The notes: a model not told the origin generated them from the sequence alone. A stretch of DNA of 64,000 nt from Octopus bimaculoides (GCF_001194135.2 NC_068982.1:45479382-45543381), one strand, 5' to 3'; counted from the first letter of the stretch, positions 49,435 through 63,550 are shown. A program made the numbers and translations.

Positions 49435-51739
49435 CATACACACTCACACACACACACACACACACACACACTCGCACGTACCCACATGCATATATATTAA
49501 ACTGGTAGTAATTACTTTAAGCATTATCACTATTTTTCCGCTTGCACATAATGGTGGGTATATCTACAATTTATAAGGGAGAAAAATTAATAAGCAACAT
49601 ACAAACGAAATAGCATCTTGTAACAAACAATTAAAAACCTAGTATAAATTGAAATGAAATTGGAAAAATCTATATATAGAATGTCTAATTGAAATTATAT
49701 GCAACAATAAATAATACCGTGATATATGTTTTTAGAAGAATAAATAATTAATTTCTATTTGTAATTTTACGATGCATAAAATATTTTGAATGTATTGAAA
49801 AGACGACATGTAAAAGCATATATCCTTAAAATTGTTGCTAACACGGAAATAATATTTAATTAAAACAAAAATCTATTTGATGACATGACAAAGTTAAAAT
49901 AAGAAATAAAATCCATGTGCTAAAAACACATATGCTTTATTCTATTCATTGTATCTATGTCATGTATATCTCCGGGGTAAAAATCGTTGTATTTCCTTAT
50001 TAACCTGCTGTGACGGGAAACAATTACAGAGAATCTAACCTTTCTATTCAGCTGAAGCAGCAACTTTAATATTCGAGTGCATAATTTTACGTATGACCAC
50101 GTTTATTGAAAACAGTGACTGCCATCTTTCAACCAAGATATGCCACAAGGCAACTGAACCGTAAGGAATTTATTTTTGTATTAAATAGCAAAGAATAAAA
50201 AGAAACATGAGTTGCAGGAGACAATCATTGAGTTACAAAATGGCGAAGTAAAGCTGAGTTTTGGAAACCAAGGCTTGTGTGAAATATGACCATAATGTAG
50301 TATGAAATTTCCTTTATTGTGAAATGAAACCAGTATAGTTTTTATTTCCTCATCGTGTTTAAGGGAGAAAGGTTTAAGCGAGGCAACCCAAATTTCGACT
50401 ATCAATAGAAAGCTAATGGAAATAATGTAGCGTGGAGATTTACGACTTTTATCAAAGCAGAAACAGAATACTGCAAAATATACTGCTGTTCATTAACAAT
50501 AGATACCCTTTAATAAATAATAACCGCTTATTATTTTAATCTAATCGCTATCGTAATTATTCTGGTTTTAATTGTATTAATAAATAACGTCTCTTTATAA
50601 GTATAATAATAAATCTGTTTACATTTATTTTAATTCCAATTGCAACCAACACTCTCATACTATAAGGGTTAAATGGGTAGTGAGTAACAAAATGTTTTAT
50701 GTGGGTGTTATGAAAACATGTTTGGGAAATCCTGGATTATACTATTTACATCTTTTAATTTAACAATTTTAGAGCCATTTTTGAGTAGTTTTGATATATA
50801 ACTGAAAACGTTTGTTTATTTTTCTGTTTGTCAAATTGTTTGGTGCAAACTGTGTATAGGGAGAAGAGAATTTAGAAGGTTCTGGACAAGAAGAGGTTGA
50901 AATATCAAGGAGTTGGTGGAGGATTGTTGCAGAAATAAATGAAGGAGCCGGTGCATGCTAGAGGAGATAGGCTGTAGACATTTCGCAGTAGTAAGTCTTT
51001 ACCATGGGTATTAGAAAGTTACATAAAAACAAGACATATTACACAATACATTAAGACATGTTAAAATTTAATATTAAAGAAAAAAAAAACGTTGGTAATT
51101 ATACAGAACACACATATAATTAAAAAACTATGATTTAAACGCAACCATCACACACACAGACGTGCTACATAGGCTGTATTAGAGTATGGCACACTCTGAG
51201 TTCTTACGCTCTCCGTATTTCAATCTGCTACATTTAAAAGTGTTGGGGACTTAGCAGGGGTGGTGATCAGTCAAACAAGGCAGGCAGTGTCCGATAACCT
51301 GGAAACAATCTGTAAAATAATTCAGAGTAAATATGATCTTAAAAATGAAGAGTTTATCTTTTCTGGCTGGCTGGTAATGGTCCCCAGTCTCGTCTCCAAG
51401 AAGCACATTATCTGGATTCTTTTCGTTCAGGTATAACATTAAACTGCGTAGGCGTGCATTTCCTTCTGGTTGTCTGTAAAACCGAGTGACTCCATGATGG
51501 TAAGCTTTCCTTCTGGCATCCTGTATGCTTTCTGCTTGACTTCTTGTTATTTTTTCTGTTATTATTATTTTTTAAAACTCTTCCTGAGAGCTTCCCACTC
51601 TTCTTTAGTCTATATTCCAACTCTAACCTCATAGGACAAAAGTAATTATTATATAGGAAACGAAACTTCTCACCGCACAGTTTTTTAAAATGATTAAATA
51701 AATTGGACTGCAACAAAGAGTAGAGTTACTTCTTGCTTC

Positions 51740-51960
51740 AAAGATGACAGCCGAAAGCTCGATAACTGCGACTCAAGAGCAATGTATCACCCCTAGATAC
51801 ATTTTGAAGCGCAATACCAAGAGATATGAATGTTCGTTTGCGGAAAGTTTGATGATATAATCGGCCACATACTATTTGGATGCTCCACAGTTGTCACGCC
51901 AAAATATATCAGACGACATGACAAAATTACTATCAAACTTATTGGAAGATATACAGGTGT
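51740..51960 (+). mobile_element. R4/Dong-like C-terminal zinc-knuckle remnant
   Basis: ATQEQCITPRY...C....IGHILFGC.TVVTPKYIRRHDKI resembles the AQDQ..CRxC..H...GC..RHD region. Confidence 0.6.
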
Positions 51961-52103
51961 ATGAAGACAAGTATTAAGGCTCATAAATAAGTCAGAGCAC
52001 GACAAATAACAGAACCACATCTTGCTCTAAAGTTGGTGGTTGAAGAATTGCTAATTGCAGCTCAGAACCGATGTAATTTAACTAGATGTAGTTAGACAGA
52101 CAC

Positions 52104-52295
52104 AGGCCTGGCAGTATGTTAGGAAATGTGCTTTCTAACCAGTGGTTCAGTCCCACAGCGTGACATCTTGGGTAAGTACCTTTTACCATAGCTCCGGGCC
52201 GCTCCAAACCTTGGCAGTGGATTATGTAGGAGATTTGAAAGAAGCCCGTCATATATATATNNNNNNNNNNNNNNNNNNNNNNNNNNNNNNNNNNN

Positions 52296-52328
<33 letters not shown>

Positions 52329-52805
52329 ATATTAGGTTCTCCGGAAAGTTCGTGCTGATTTATAGTAACTTGCCTTTCGACTTATTTGCCATGAAACCAT
52401 CTCAATTCTGGGAAGAAAATATTTTCAAGTTAAAGGAAAGATGGAGACGCATTGTGCAACAAAATGGTTCATATTTGGTTGATTAAAGATGTAATGGCAA
52501 GTATTTATTGACCTTTTTCTTTCCTTTAAAAATTGGCACGAACTTTCCGGACAACCCAATATATGTATATATGTAATTATGTATGTGTGTGTGTTTTTGT
52601 GCTTGTGATTGTCCCCCACCAGAGCTTGACAACCGATGTTGATGTATTTATGACCTCGCAACTTAGCACTTCGGCAAAAAGACTGATAAAATGAGTATCA
52701 GGCTTAAAAAAAAAAAACAACTATGGGGAGCGATCTATTCGATTAAAACTTCTTGACAGTGGCGCCCCAGCATGGCCACAGTTTAATGACTGAAACAAGT
52801 AGAAG
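52104..52805 (+). mobile_element. SINE family A split by a gap and a mariner MITE
   Basis: Head 52104-52260, tail 52580-52805. Confidence 0.75.
52332..52559 (+). mobile_element. Internally deleted mariner element (MITE-like, 228 bp) nested in a SINE microsatellite
   Basis: TIRs TTAGGTTCTCCGGAAAGTTCGTGC / GCACGAACTTTCCGGACAACCCAA, flanked by TA. The interior encodes a mariner C-terminus (LFAMKPSQFWEENIFKLKERWRRIVQQNGSYLVD*). Confidence 0.85.
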
Positions 52806-53031
52806 TTAAAGGACAATATCAAGCTGGAATGTCGATGGTGAAGAAGTTTTGATGAGATAATCAACCACATAGTCCCTCATAAATGTTCGGTAGCATAGAA
52901 ACAAACGAAAAATGTTTACCGAAATAAGGGTTAGACAATATTAAGTGGTTCATTGGTGTTATGAAAATGATATGGGAAAAGAACCAAGTTACTTTAAAAT
53001 CTAAACAAGCCGAATCATAAAAGAAAAATTT

Positions 53032-54082
53032 GGGATCTGTTCAATTTGGTTCACATATTTTTTAATTAATTTTTTTCAGCTAAACAGTTTGAAACTTCGT
53101 ATACTGGTGGAATGACTCACAGAAAATGGTTTACTTCGAACATTTTTGACAAAATTTGGTATTTTAGAAGTAATTTCGTGTTAAATTCGTCGTATTTGGG
53201 TAATTTCAACCAATCAACGACGTGTATTCAGTTCAAGAAAGATACTTCTGTTTGCGATAGTAATCGAAGAGGAACATCTTCCGGGTCATCTCTACTAGAT
53301 GTCACCACTCTGTTCTATTCTATTTTTTGTTTATTGCTTGTGTTGCATATTACACGTTTTTTTCTTTTTCAGTGGGGTTCTCGCATCGGAGTAACCAGTA
53401 AACATCGAAGAATCAACACCAAGAAAGAAGAAATATTATTTAGATATATTAATTCGTTTGGCGGACATCGGTCTTTTATCCAAACATAAAGTGTTCCGGT
53501 GTTTAAAAGACCTATAGAGCTACGAGTCCGCAGCTAGCTTTTTTTGTTGCCTTATTATACAACAATGAGATGTATTGTTATTGTCATGATTTTTATCTTA
53601 CTATAATCAATAACAAACACATTTCAATATAAAAGTCTTTATTTGATTAAAAATAAGATTATCAAAACATGAAAGTAAAACAAAACAAATAACGGCTTAT
53701 ACACCGGAAAATACGGTAATTGTAGTGGCAGTGACAAGTTCGCTCGCTGGTTACTAGTTCATAGTATAGAAGGGAAGGAAAGAGTAAGGAATGCACGGTG
53801 TTGACTAGAAGGGAAGAAAGGATAAAGGTGGCATCGTCTTCGCTCGACATACGAATAGAAGAGAGTGGTGACATTTAGTAGAGATAACCCGGAAGTTGAT
53901 TGGTTGAAATTACCCAAATACGACCACTTTAACACGAAATAACTTCTAAAATACCAAATTTTGTCAAAAATGTTCAAAGTAAACCATGTTCTGCGTGAGA
54001 CATTCCACCAGTATGCAAAGTTTCAAACTGTTTAGTTAAAAAAATTAATTTAAGAATCTGTGCGCCAAACTGAACAGATCCC
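53032..54082. mobile_element. Non-autonomous long-TIR (foldback-type) DNA element, ~1.05 kb
   Basis: The left arm 53032-53310 (GGGATCTGTTCA...GTCACCACTCT) is the reverse complement of the right arm 53862-54082 (AGAGTGGTGAC...TGAACAGATCCC), apart from ~58 bp present only in the left arm. Confidence 0.85.
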
Positions 54083-54984
54083 AAAATTGTTATTGCATTT
54101 GTTCATGACTTTGCAAGAAGAATGTGCGACCTCATGTTTGCGAAGCCAATCTGCCATTCTGCCATTCTGCGTAGAATCTTAGAGAAGAGTTTTTTTTTTA
54201 CCATATTCCCTGGTCAGACCAAGCCTTTTGAGTAACATTGGATAATCGGAAACTATGTGAGCGTCTATTGGATAAATTGAATCAATATTTTAAATGGTTA
54301 ACCTTGTTACAACGAGTCACATTGACTCCGTTTGAGAGTTATGTTAAGGGTACACGTGTCTGTAGAATGATCAGTTACTTAAACGCCAGATCAATGAGCA
54401 CAGCGTTCAGTTGATTGAGCGCCTTAATACACATAATCGAAACTGACGATTAATCATTATCAGAAGAGAAATGACACCAGCTAAGCCATTTTGCAAGGCC
54501 TCCAAGACAGTTGGAAAAAAGAAAGAAACAAACTCCGATTCATATGCCGCAAGAATAAGATGCAACCCATCAAAAGATCAAGTTTTTTACTCTCACACAT
54601 AAGAAACCTAGTTCGAATTCTTCCAACAGAGTTGGTCCCCGTTAATGCCACTGACGAGCCTCATGGTGGTGGAAGTGGTGATGGTAGGGTGAGGGTGGTG
54701 GTATTGTTGATTTTAAAGTAGGTGATGGATTGAGACTACTATTTATTGCTGATCAAGAAATAAGCCAGAAATTTTTATAATTACATGGCTACATCTTTCA
54801 AAACTTGAGTATTGGAGAAATTATTTCATAAATATTCAGAAATTGGTTTAGAACTGCCTAGATTGCTGGGAGAAGTGAGTACAAGTGTAAAATCCATTGA
54901 TAGTCGGAGCATTAGGCTGATTTTCTGAATAAAAAATAAAAAGGAAGAAAAAATCAGAAATGAAATTTTATGTACGACCTCAAA

Positions 54985-55078
54985 CAGACAAAAATTAACA
55001 TTGCTTGGAACTGCTAATATACAAAGGAATGTATTTTCTGTCTGAAGTTTTCAGACCTCAGCAAAAGAAAGATTATTT
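54985..55078 (+). mobile_element. R4/Dong-like extreme 3' end
   Basis: KLTLLGTANIQRNVFSV* followed by a short UTR ending AGAAAGATTATT. Confidence 0.5.
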
Positions 55079-55445
55079 TCATTCTACAGATGTCAATACA
55101 TACACTGTGTATACAAACCCGAATAAAATAAAATAAAATAAAATAAAATAAAATAAAATAAAATAAACAGCAACAAAACAACAGCAATAATAGTTATGAA
55201 TGATGAGATGAAAGGAGCCTAATAAATATTAATATGACGATGTGCTACTACTGATGTTGTTAATGACAACGATGATAATAATGATGATTACACATTTTTT
55301 TATTGTCATATAGTGTTTGAAGAGAATTTTATATACATATACATGTATACATAATGCGTGCGCGCACACACACACATACACACATACATATACATACAAG
55401 TTATATGTATACATGTACATATATATGTATACATAAATGTTTATA

Positions 55446-55489
<44 letters not shown>

Positions 55490-55605
55490 TCGTAAAACAT
55501 ACATCTTATATTAGAGGGAAATAAATAGAAAGGGAAACAAATACATGATTATAACAATGAAAATGAATATTTATAATATGATTTAATTTAACATAAACAT
55601 GTTTG

Positions 55606-55702
<97 letters not shown>

Positions 55703-55715
55703 CTTTATTTTAATA

Positions 55716-55750
<35 letters not shown>

Positions 55751-56045
55751 AATAATTTGAAGAACGCAAAAATAATAATAACAAATTGCTTAAAAGCTAT
55801 GTTAATTTGTAATATGTGAAACTGATGTCATCATCTTATCTCTATAAGCTAACTCAATTGATTTACAATCTACAAACACGCACATACATGTGCATATACG
55901 TATGCATTCATTCCTTCATTTATTCATACATACATACATACATATCAGCTTCACAGAAACAATGCCTAAACACTTGTACAGGCACACATACACATGGCAC
56001 TTACTCCATCATTGAACAGTACAGATTATATATGTATGTATATGT

Positions 56046-56077
<32 letters not shown>

Positions 56078-56123
56078 GTACATATATACACACACATACA
56101 CACACATACACACGCACACACGG

Positions 56124-56168
<45 letters not shown>

Positions 56169-56859
56169 CATACATACGTATATAAGCAAATAGATTTTAC
56201 AGCGTTTAAAGATATATAAAATCATATAAAATCACAGAAAATATTATAGGCATCAAAACATGACATATGTTCATCCAATGATCTGTTAGAAATATCAGCG
56301 AAATTGACTACCTCAGGTCACACCCTACCATCTTGAAAAAGAAGTAGACACTGCATAATATAGTCCTTAGTGGAGAAGATCGGATTCTCATAATTGTAAT
56401 GCTTTTAATCATACATTTGCCTAAAGTTGAGCTCGAGCTAAGCAAGAAAATTGGACAATGTTTTGCTTGATAGACAAAAAGACAAGATGATCACGGCCGG
56501 CAAGATTTCGTTCAGATTTCTGGCCTGTTTGTTCATGCTTCTATTTGGGCTAAAGAACAACATAATAAAGGCAACGAGGGAGGACATACTAGGTAATGAT
56601 GTTCGAGATGCAATATGTTTGAAAAAAATGACAAAATAGTCATATTTAGAACGACTTTGAACTTGCAGGACTAGCATTTTACTGGAGGAGGAGGAGGAGG
56701 AGGAGGAGGAGGAGGAGGAGGAAGAAGAGGCTAAATACCTATACCGACATTGGAATTGTAAGGAACAGACTCCCGAAAGAAACAGCTACTGAAATATGCA
56801 TTTATACAGCAAATTACGAAACTGCTATCAATCCATCCATCTATCTCGTCCAGAGCAAT

Positions 56860-57190
56860 GCAACTCTTCCACGCTGTCTCGATCCTCCATCGTAGTTTTC
56901 ATATCTTCGACTTGATATCCGGTGTCTTCCACAAGTTATTTCATAGGTGCTCTTGTCAGTCTACCGGTACCAGTATGTGTATGCGTGGATTTCAAGAGAA
57001 GGCGATCGCTGGATATTTCATCCTTGTTTCTCCTGCAGTGTCCTGCATATTATGTTATTATCATTCTGATTACTGAAGTAACGACAAGAAGACTTCAATA
57101 CAGTCGCTGCTGTGTAGATATGCACGAAACATTCTCGCAGTATTACCGTCGAGTTTCTTTTCAAGTCTCTTGTTCATTGTCTCTACCTTG
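56860..57190 (-). mobile_element. Decayed RTE-type LINE C-terminal fragment (second family)
   Basis: Minus-strand TMNKRLEKKLDGNTARMFRA...YAGHCRRNKDEISSD...LVEDTG...MEDRD. Confidence 0.7.
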
Positions 57191-57595
57191 AGCATGGTCT
57201 CTGAAAAGTTCCTTAAGCATATATTTACAAAATGTAATATCAAATAATTAATATGATATTATCACTTAATATGCAATATATAGTATGGAATTCTATAACA
57301 ATATCAATGATCTTGATTTACGTGACCTATATCAATTGATAGGAATCGTCAATGGTCTACGTGTCAGCATGGTTTCGTATCTAACTCGTGTCCAGTTAGG
57401 CAAATAAAGGTTAGGGCTTAGGATGCTAAGATAATGAAAGGATATCATTTATGGCACGGCTGTGTAGTTAAGGAACTCACTTTGTAAGTACGTGGTTTCG
57501 GGTTCAGTTCCAAATGTCTTCTACTATAGTCGCGAGCCGACCAATGCTTTGTGAGTGAATTTGGTACACAGAAACAGTGTAAAAGCCCGTCGTGT

Positions 57596-57633
<38 letters not shown>

Positions 57634-57644
57634 ACACACATATA

Positions 57645-57898
57645 TAAGCCGAGTTGGTAGTCAAGATGAAGGAGGTTTTCGAAGTTTTTTCCAAGGATAC
57701 AATGAAGAACGCATGCGTCAGGTTCCGGAACCATCTTGAGGTCGTAGTGAAAGCTGAGAGCGGCTTCTTTGAGCAAACTCCCTGCCATAATCTACTTGAT
57801 ATTTTTTTATTTTTAAAAAATACTATAATATAATACTACAATATTCTTTCCTTTTCCCTTTATGCGAACTGTCAAATTTTGCCCGAATATCTTGTATA
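57645..57898 (+). mobile_element. 3' end fragment of a Tc1/mariner-superfamily element
   Basis: KMKEVFEVFSKDTMKNACVRFRNHLEVVVKAESGFFE resembles IS630-Tc1-mariner C-termini. It ends in TIR-like CTGTCAAATTTTGCCCGAATATCTTG followed by TA. Confidence 0.65.
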
Positions 57899-58372
57899 TA
57901 TGTATGTATACGTATGAATGTGTATCAAAACTAACTTAGGGAAAGGAACTTGTTTAAGTCAAACGCTTGCATTAAAGTATGTCAAGTACATGTTCATGTA
58001 CTTAATGACATATTCAAAAATTATTAATGGGTTGAAGTTTGCCTCTATGTTGGAAAAGTAAACAAAAATCTAGCGGCAATAATGTGTAACTCACTATGAA
58101 AAGAGGAGATAATTTCAAGAAATAAAGGATTAAACGGTGAATGCAATTAATAGAGACAGAAATGGCTGCCTGTTTACGATGCACACTTCTCAAACGTATA
58201 ATTTTGGGCCCAGTCCGACAATACTGGCAAGCAGACCCATGCCTTTGGGGGAAGTTGGTAGGTGAAAACACTTTAAAAGTCTATCGTATATGTATCTGTC
58301 TATCAATGTACATATATGTATCTGTCTCTCAATATATATATATATATATATGTATGTATATATGTATATATA

Positions 58373-58404
<32 letters not shown>

Positions 58405-58749
58405 GAGAGAGAAAGAGAAAGAGTGAGAGAGAGAAAGAGAGAGTGAGGGAGAGAAAAAGAAAGAGAGAGAGAGAGAGTGAGAGAGAAAGAGAGAAAAACC
58501 TAGAAAGATTTCTAAACCTGATCACGGGATCATCTTCGTCCAATCAAAACGTATTCAAAATAGATACTAATTTGAGCCATGTTCTCTTTATGAAAACAAG
58601 ACAATCTTTGAATCCGACTCAGAAGCAAGACCGTTGCAACATAGCTCCAAGTCTTTCTATCTCAACTTTTGAAAATCAGAGAAATCTGTCAAACCGGTTG
58701 AGTTTTTAAAAATTGAAAAATTAAAAAATTAAACGAATCCCAGTGCATT

Positions 58750-58909
58750 AAGTAGTTTGCTTATCAACCACATGGCTCCGGGTTTAGTCACACTGCGTGA
58801 CACCTTGGGCGAGTTTTTTTCTTACTATAGCCTAGGACCGACCAAAGCCTTGAGAGTAGATTTGGTAGACGAAACTGAAAGAAGCCCATCGTATATATAT
58901 ATGTGTGTG

Positions 58910-58943
<34 letters not shown>
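58750..58943 (+). mobile_element. SINE family A 5' half (another at ~57465-57630)
   Basis: CCACATGGCTCCGGGTTTAGTC...GACCAAAGCCTTGAGAGTAGATTTGGTAGACGAAACTGAAAGAAGCCC. Confidence 0.8.
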
Positions 58944-59743
58944 NNNNNNNNNNNNNNNNNNNNNNNNNNNNNNNNNNNNNNNNNNNNNNNNNNNNNNNNN
59001 NNNNNNNNNNNNNNNNNNNNNNNNNNNNNNNNNNNNNNNNNNNNNNNNNNNNNNNNNNNNNNNNNNNNNNNNNNNNNNNNNNNNNNNNNNNNNNNNNNNN
59101 NNNNNNNNNNNNNNNNNNNNNNNNNNNNNNNNNNNNNNNNNNNNNNNNNNNNNNNNNNNNNNNNNNNNNNNNNNNNNNNNNNNNNNNNNNNNNNNNNNNN
59201 NNNNNNNNNNNNNNNNNNNNNNNNNNNNNNNNNNNNNNNNNNNNNNNNNNNNNNNNNNNNNNNNNNNNNNNNNNNNNNNNNNNNNNNNNNNNNNNNNNNN
59301 NNNNNNNNNNNNNNNNNNNNNNNNNNNNNNNNNNNNNNNNNNNNNNNNNNNNNNNNNNNNNNNNNNNNNNNNNNNNNNNNNNNNNNNNNNNNNNNNNNNN
59401 NNNNNNNNNNNNNNNNNNNNNNNNNNNNNNNNNNNNNNNNNNNNNNNNNNNNNNNNNNNNNNNNNNNNNNNNNNNNNNNNNNNNNNNNNNNNNNNNNNNN
59501 NNNNNNNNNNNNNNNNNNNNNNNNNNNNNNNNNNNNNNNNNNNNNNNNNNNNNNNNNNNNNNNNNNNNNNNNNNNNNNNNNNNNNNNNNNNNNNNNNNNN
59601 NNNNNNNNNNNNNNNNNNNNNNNNNNNNNNNNNNNNNNNNNNNNNNNNNNNNNNNNNNNNNNNNNNNNNNNNNNNNNNNNNNNNNNNNNNNNNNNNNNNN
59701 NNNNNNNNNNNNNNNNNNNNNNNNNNNNNNNNNNNNNNNNNNN

Positions 59744-59774
<31 letters not shown>

Positions 59775-60229
59775 TATATCAAATGCCATACGACATAAAC
59801 TCTTAATTCGTTGAAATTATTTCCACCTCAAGAGAATATGTGAAAATTACCAAGTGGCTATAAAACCAACTCCATATGTGAAGGAGAGTCAATCTTGCGA
59901 ACCAAGAATTACCCAAAGTTGACATGCCATTAATGGAAAGGACAACCGTGGAAGCAAATTTATGCCTCAATAAGCATAAGTGCGACAATAGTCCAACTTT
60001 TTGCCCTGTGCACATATCATTGCATTTGTTTCTCACTATTCGACAACAGATCTCGTGAGTTTACGTTCGCACAACTTATTGGGACGGTGATAGCAAAGAA
60101 TATATTCTGGGCTTACTGACCTGGTCAGTTAAACTTAGTCATCATGAACTCTCTCATGGTGGGCAATAACTTGCATAATATAAAACAAAACTGACCTACG
60201 GAAAATAACATTTAGTTGAGTTATGACAT

Positions 60230-60298
60230 TATGATAAATTATGATAAATAGATATGATAAATTATGATAAATAGATATGATAAATTATGATAAATAGA
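60230..60298 (+). repeat. 23-bp tandem repeat x3 (TTATGATAAATAGATATGATAAA)
   Basis: Direct reading. Confidence 0.85.
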
Positions 60299-61279
60299 AA
60301 AGATGTAGCGAAAGATGAATATCAAAATTCTTAGTGAAAATATATTTGCATTTTAGTTGGAGAAATAGAACAAAAACGTAGGCGGCAATAATTTAGAAAT
60401 GACAATTAACTAGGAAATAATTCCAAGAAATTTAAAATTTATCTTTAGAAAGCTGTAATTCTTATGTTTAAGAAAAAAATCTCATTGTCGTTAGCAGAAA
60501 CAATGAAAGCTGCCGATACGTTTCAGTCTCATTGTAGCTATTCATTGAAATATTTCCATAAACCTATTAAAAAACATAAAATTCTGCGCCTACTAACCAA
60601 GAGGGTTTGTGTTAACCAGGCTGCACTGACAAAAGTTCCGCTAAAATGAGCAGATTTTTCTTCAAGCGACAGGATTATTTCATTACTTCTTATGATATCT
60701 CCTTGTCTACGCAAGTCGCTAACGTGGGCCACTAGGCTGTGTTTTCTTTGTCAAACTAAGAAGCATGTTTCAGTTCGTTAATAACTTTTTACGTACATCA
60801 TCCACTACAACTCCGGCTACTTGATTTATAGACAATAACAGATGGAGTACTTGGTGCCCTAAACTTATCAAAGAAGATGTATCAATCTATAATTTTATTA
60901 CGTATAAAATATTTATGTTATTCAGGATCAATTTATAGTGCACATATATCAATATACTTTCACAGTAATATAAATGTACTTTAATCGTAATTCCAAAGTA
61001 CTTATATCACATTATCAACAGATTTTCTAATATCATCGAAAGTAGATTGCATTAGCAATAAGTTTGCTCAGTAATCAATGTTTAATGTAACTACATATCC
61101 AATATTTCATGTCGTCATATCGATCAATTTTCGATAGTAATGAACTAACATCACATAAGCACTAACGTCATCTGTCTACCTATCTATCTGTCTTTTATCT
61201 ACCTAGGCAGATACACATTTGTCTAGTTAGCACTCTCTTTCAGTCACTCTCTCTTTTATGTTATTGTAGATACGATATA

Positions 61280-61304
61280 ATACACACACCACACACGCGC
61301 ACAC

Positions 61305-61353
<49 letters not shown>

Positions 61354-61363
61354 NNNNNNNNNN

Positions 61364-61406
<43 letters not shown>

Positions 61407-61533
61407 TACACACACACACACACACGCACACACTCATACACATACACACGCACCAACATGCGCATACATTCACGCATCGTACTTATGATATAATTCAGAA
61501 AGAGTAGTTGATAGATGGTTAGCTACCTACCTA

Positions 61534-61593
<60 letters not shown>

Positions 61594-61594
61594 C

Positions 61595-61641
<47 letters not shown>

Positions 61642-61642
61642 C

Positions 61643-61713
<71 letters not shown>

Positions 61714-62115
61714 AGCCTGTCTGTCTGTCTGTCCATCCATCCGTCCGCCTGCCTGCCTGTTTGTCTGTCTATCTGTCTGTCTGAATGTCCCTATATATGT
61801 AGCTGCATACAAAGATAGATATTTATATACATACATACATACATACATACATACATACATACTGTAGGTTTATATTCATAAATATAATTCCAGATCTAAG
61901 ACCACGGTTATTAGTTTCATATCCAGGAGTAAGCCTCGATTTAGTTCATCTAGTATGGCCTGTCCATTTTGGTAGCGATCAAAACAAACACACACACACA
62001 CACACGCACACACACGCACACACACGTACGTACACGCAAACACGCACACGCACACACACACACACACACATACGCACACGCACACATACGCACACGCAAA
62101 CGCGCGCACGCGCGC

Positions 62116-62159
<44 letters not shown>

Positions 62160-62160
62160 A
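61280..62160. repeat. (CA)n, (TCTA)n, (TACA)n microsatellite block
   Basis: Direct reading. Confidence 0.95.
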
Positions 62161-62311
62161 AAAAAATATTAATTAAATATATTCAGGCAAATACCTCTTT
62201 AAGTACTTTGGGTAAATAGAACCCAGCTAACAAAATAGCCCATTCAATATTACGGTAATCCGTATAAAGTGTATTTTATTCTTTGTGAGAGATGAAGTCG
62301 CTCACCATTTA

Positions 62312-63550
62312 CACAGACATGGCAGAAGTAAATAAATAACTTTATAATCATTAAAAATGATTTAAATCTGAAATTATACATTAAAATTATTTATTAATTG
62401 TTATAATGTGAATATCTAATATTTAGTAGACATGCGCATTGTATTTTTCAATGCAAAGACCCTATTAGGCATGTTACTGATCGGATGACAAATATTCTCT
62501 TGTGGAATTTCTTGCCAAGTTTCATGCAGTAGTCTCAAAAGATCTGGTTTTGAAGATGCTTTCTTGTCCTTTTTATGAAGTGTCCTGTCCATTATGCCCC
62601 AGAGGTGTTCAATAAGGTTCATATCTGGTAACTGGCTTGGCCATGGAAGTCTTTTAATGCCATTCTCATCCAACAAATCTTGGGTTATTTCAGCCGTGTG
62701 ACAAGGAGCCCCATCTTCCATAAATAAAGAGTCTTCTTTAATCATTTCACCACTGGAGAAGATTGGAAGGAGTCCTTTCTGCAATATGGGCACATATTTA
62801 TCTGAGTTTATGTTTCCCTCACACTCCACAAGCTCTGATCAACCATTGCTTCCCCAGACCGTCATAGAATAGCTGTTGTGTTTCATTGTTGACTGCAATA
62901 TTTTCACATCAAATTCTTGATCACAGAGTCTCCAGACCGACACTCGACCACTGTCAGGAAATACAGCAAATCCGGACTCATCGGAAATATGACAGTGTCC
63001 CAAAATGCTAGCGGCTTCTCCACCATCTCACTGACCCAATCTTTTCTCCGCTTGATGTTGGCTGGTCGAAGAAGTGGCTTCCTTCTTGCTGCTCTGCCAT
63101 AGTAACTAAGTTTGTGGAGATACCTGACAGCTGTTCTAGGACTGACATCAACTTGTTCTGTTAAGTCAGAGGCCTTGCAGCGAGGATTATCCTCCACACT
63201 TCTAACAAAGAGAAGGGTTCTGTCAGAGTGCTCTGGTTGATCTGGGCTAAGTGATGTGGACTCCTTCCCCTCTCTGGTGAATTGCACAATCACGCTATTA
63301 ACTGTAGAAAGCGGGATCCCAAGGTTTTCTGCGATTTTACGCTATGTCCACTTTCAGAATGACCCACAATACGGCCTCTTTGAAATTCAGACAGTTCCGA
63401 AACTTCTTTTGTACATGACATGATTATACAGTCACATATAGAACCTGAAACATAAAAACGCCAATTAATAAAAAATATAAACCTTTACAAATTAGAATAA
63501 ACATAAAACGATGTTTTATGGCGTGTCTATTTACTTCTGTCATGTCTGTG
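62312..63550 (-). mobile_element. Full-length Tc1-family (DD34E) DNA transposon, 1239 bp, inactive
   Basis: 23-bp TIRs CACAGACATG(G/A)CAGAAGTAAATA at 62312-62334 and 63528-63550 (22/23 identical). TA dinucleotides flank both ends (62310-11, 63551-52). Internal transposase remnant. Confidence 0.93.
62416..63421 (-). pseudogene. Tc1 transposase pseudogene
   Basis: ATG at 63421: MSCTKEVSELSEFQRGRIVG..., frameshift, [14 protein letters not shown] (HTH)...ARRKPLL..KRRKDW..WDTVIF, frameshift, SDES..VWRL..VWG, in-frame TGA, ...FMEDGAPCH...WPSQLPDMNLIEHLW. There are 34 residues between the second D and E. Confidence 0.92.

Noticed and set aside
51380-51425. NPDNVLLG as a kinase catalytic loop
   Set aside because: No HRD/DLK, DFG or other kinase subdomains.
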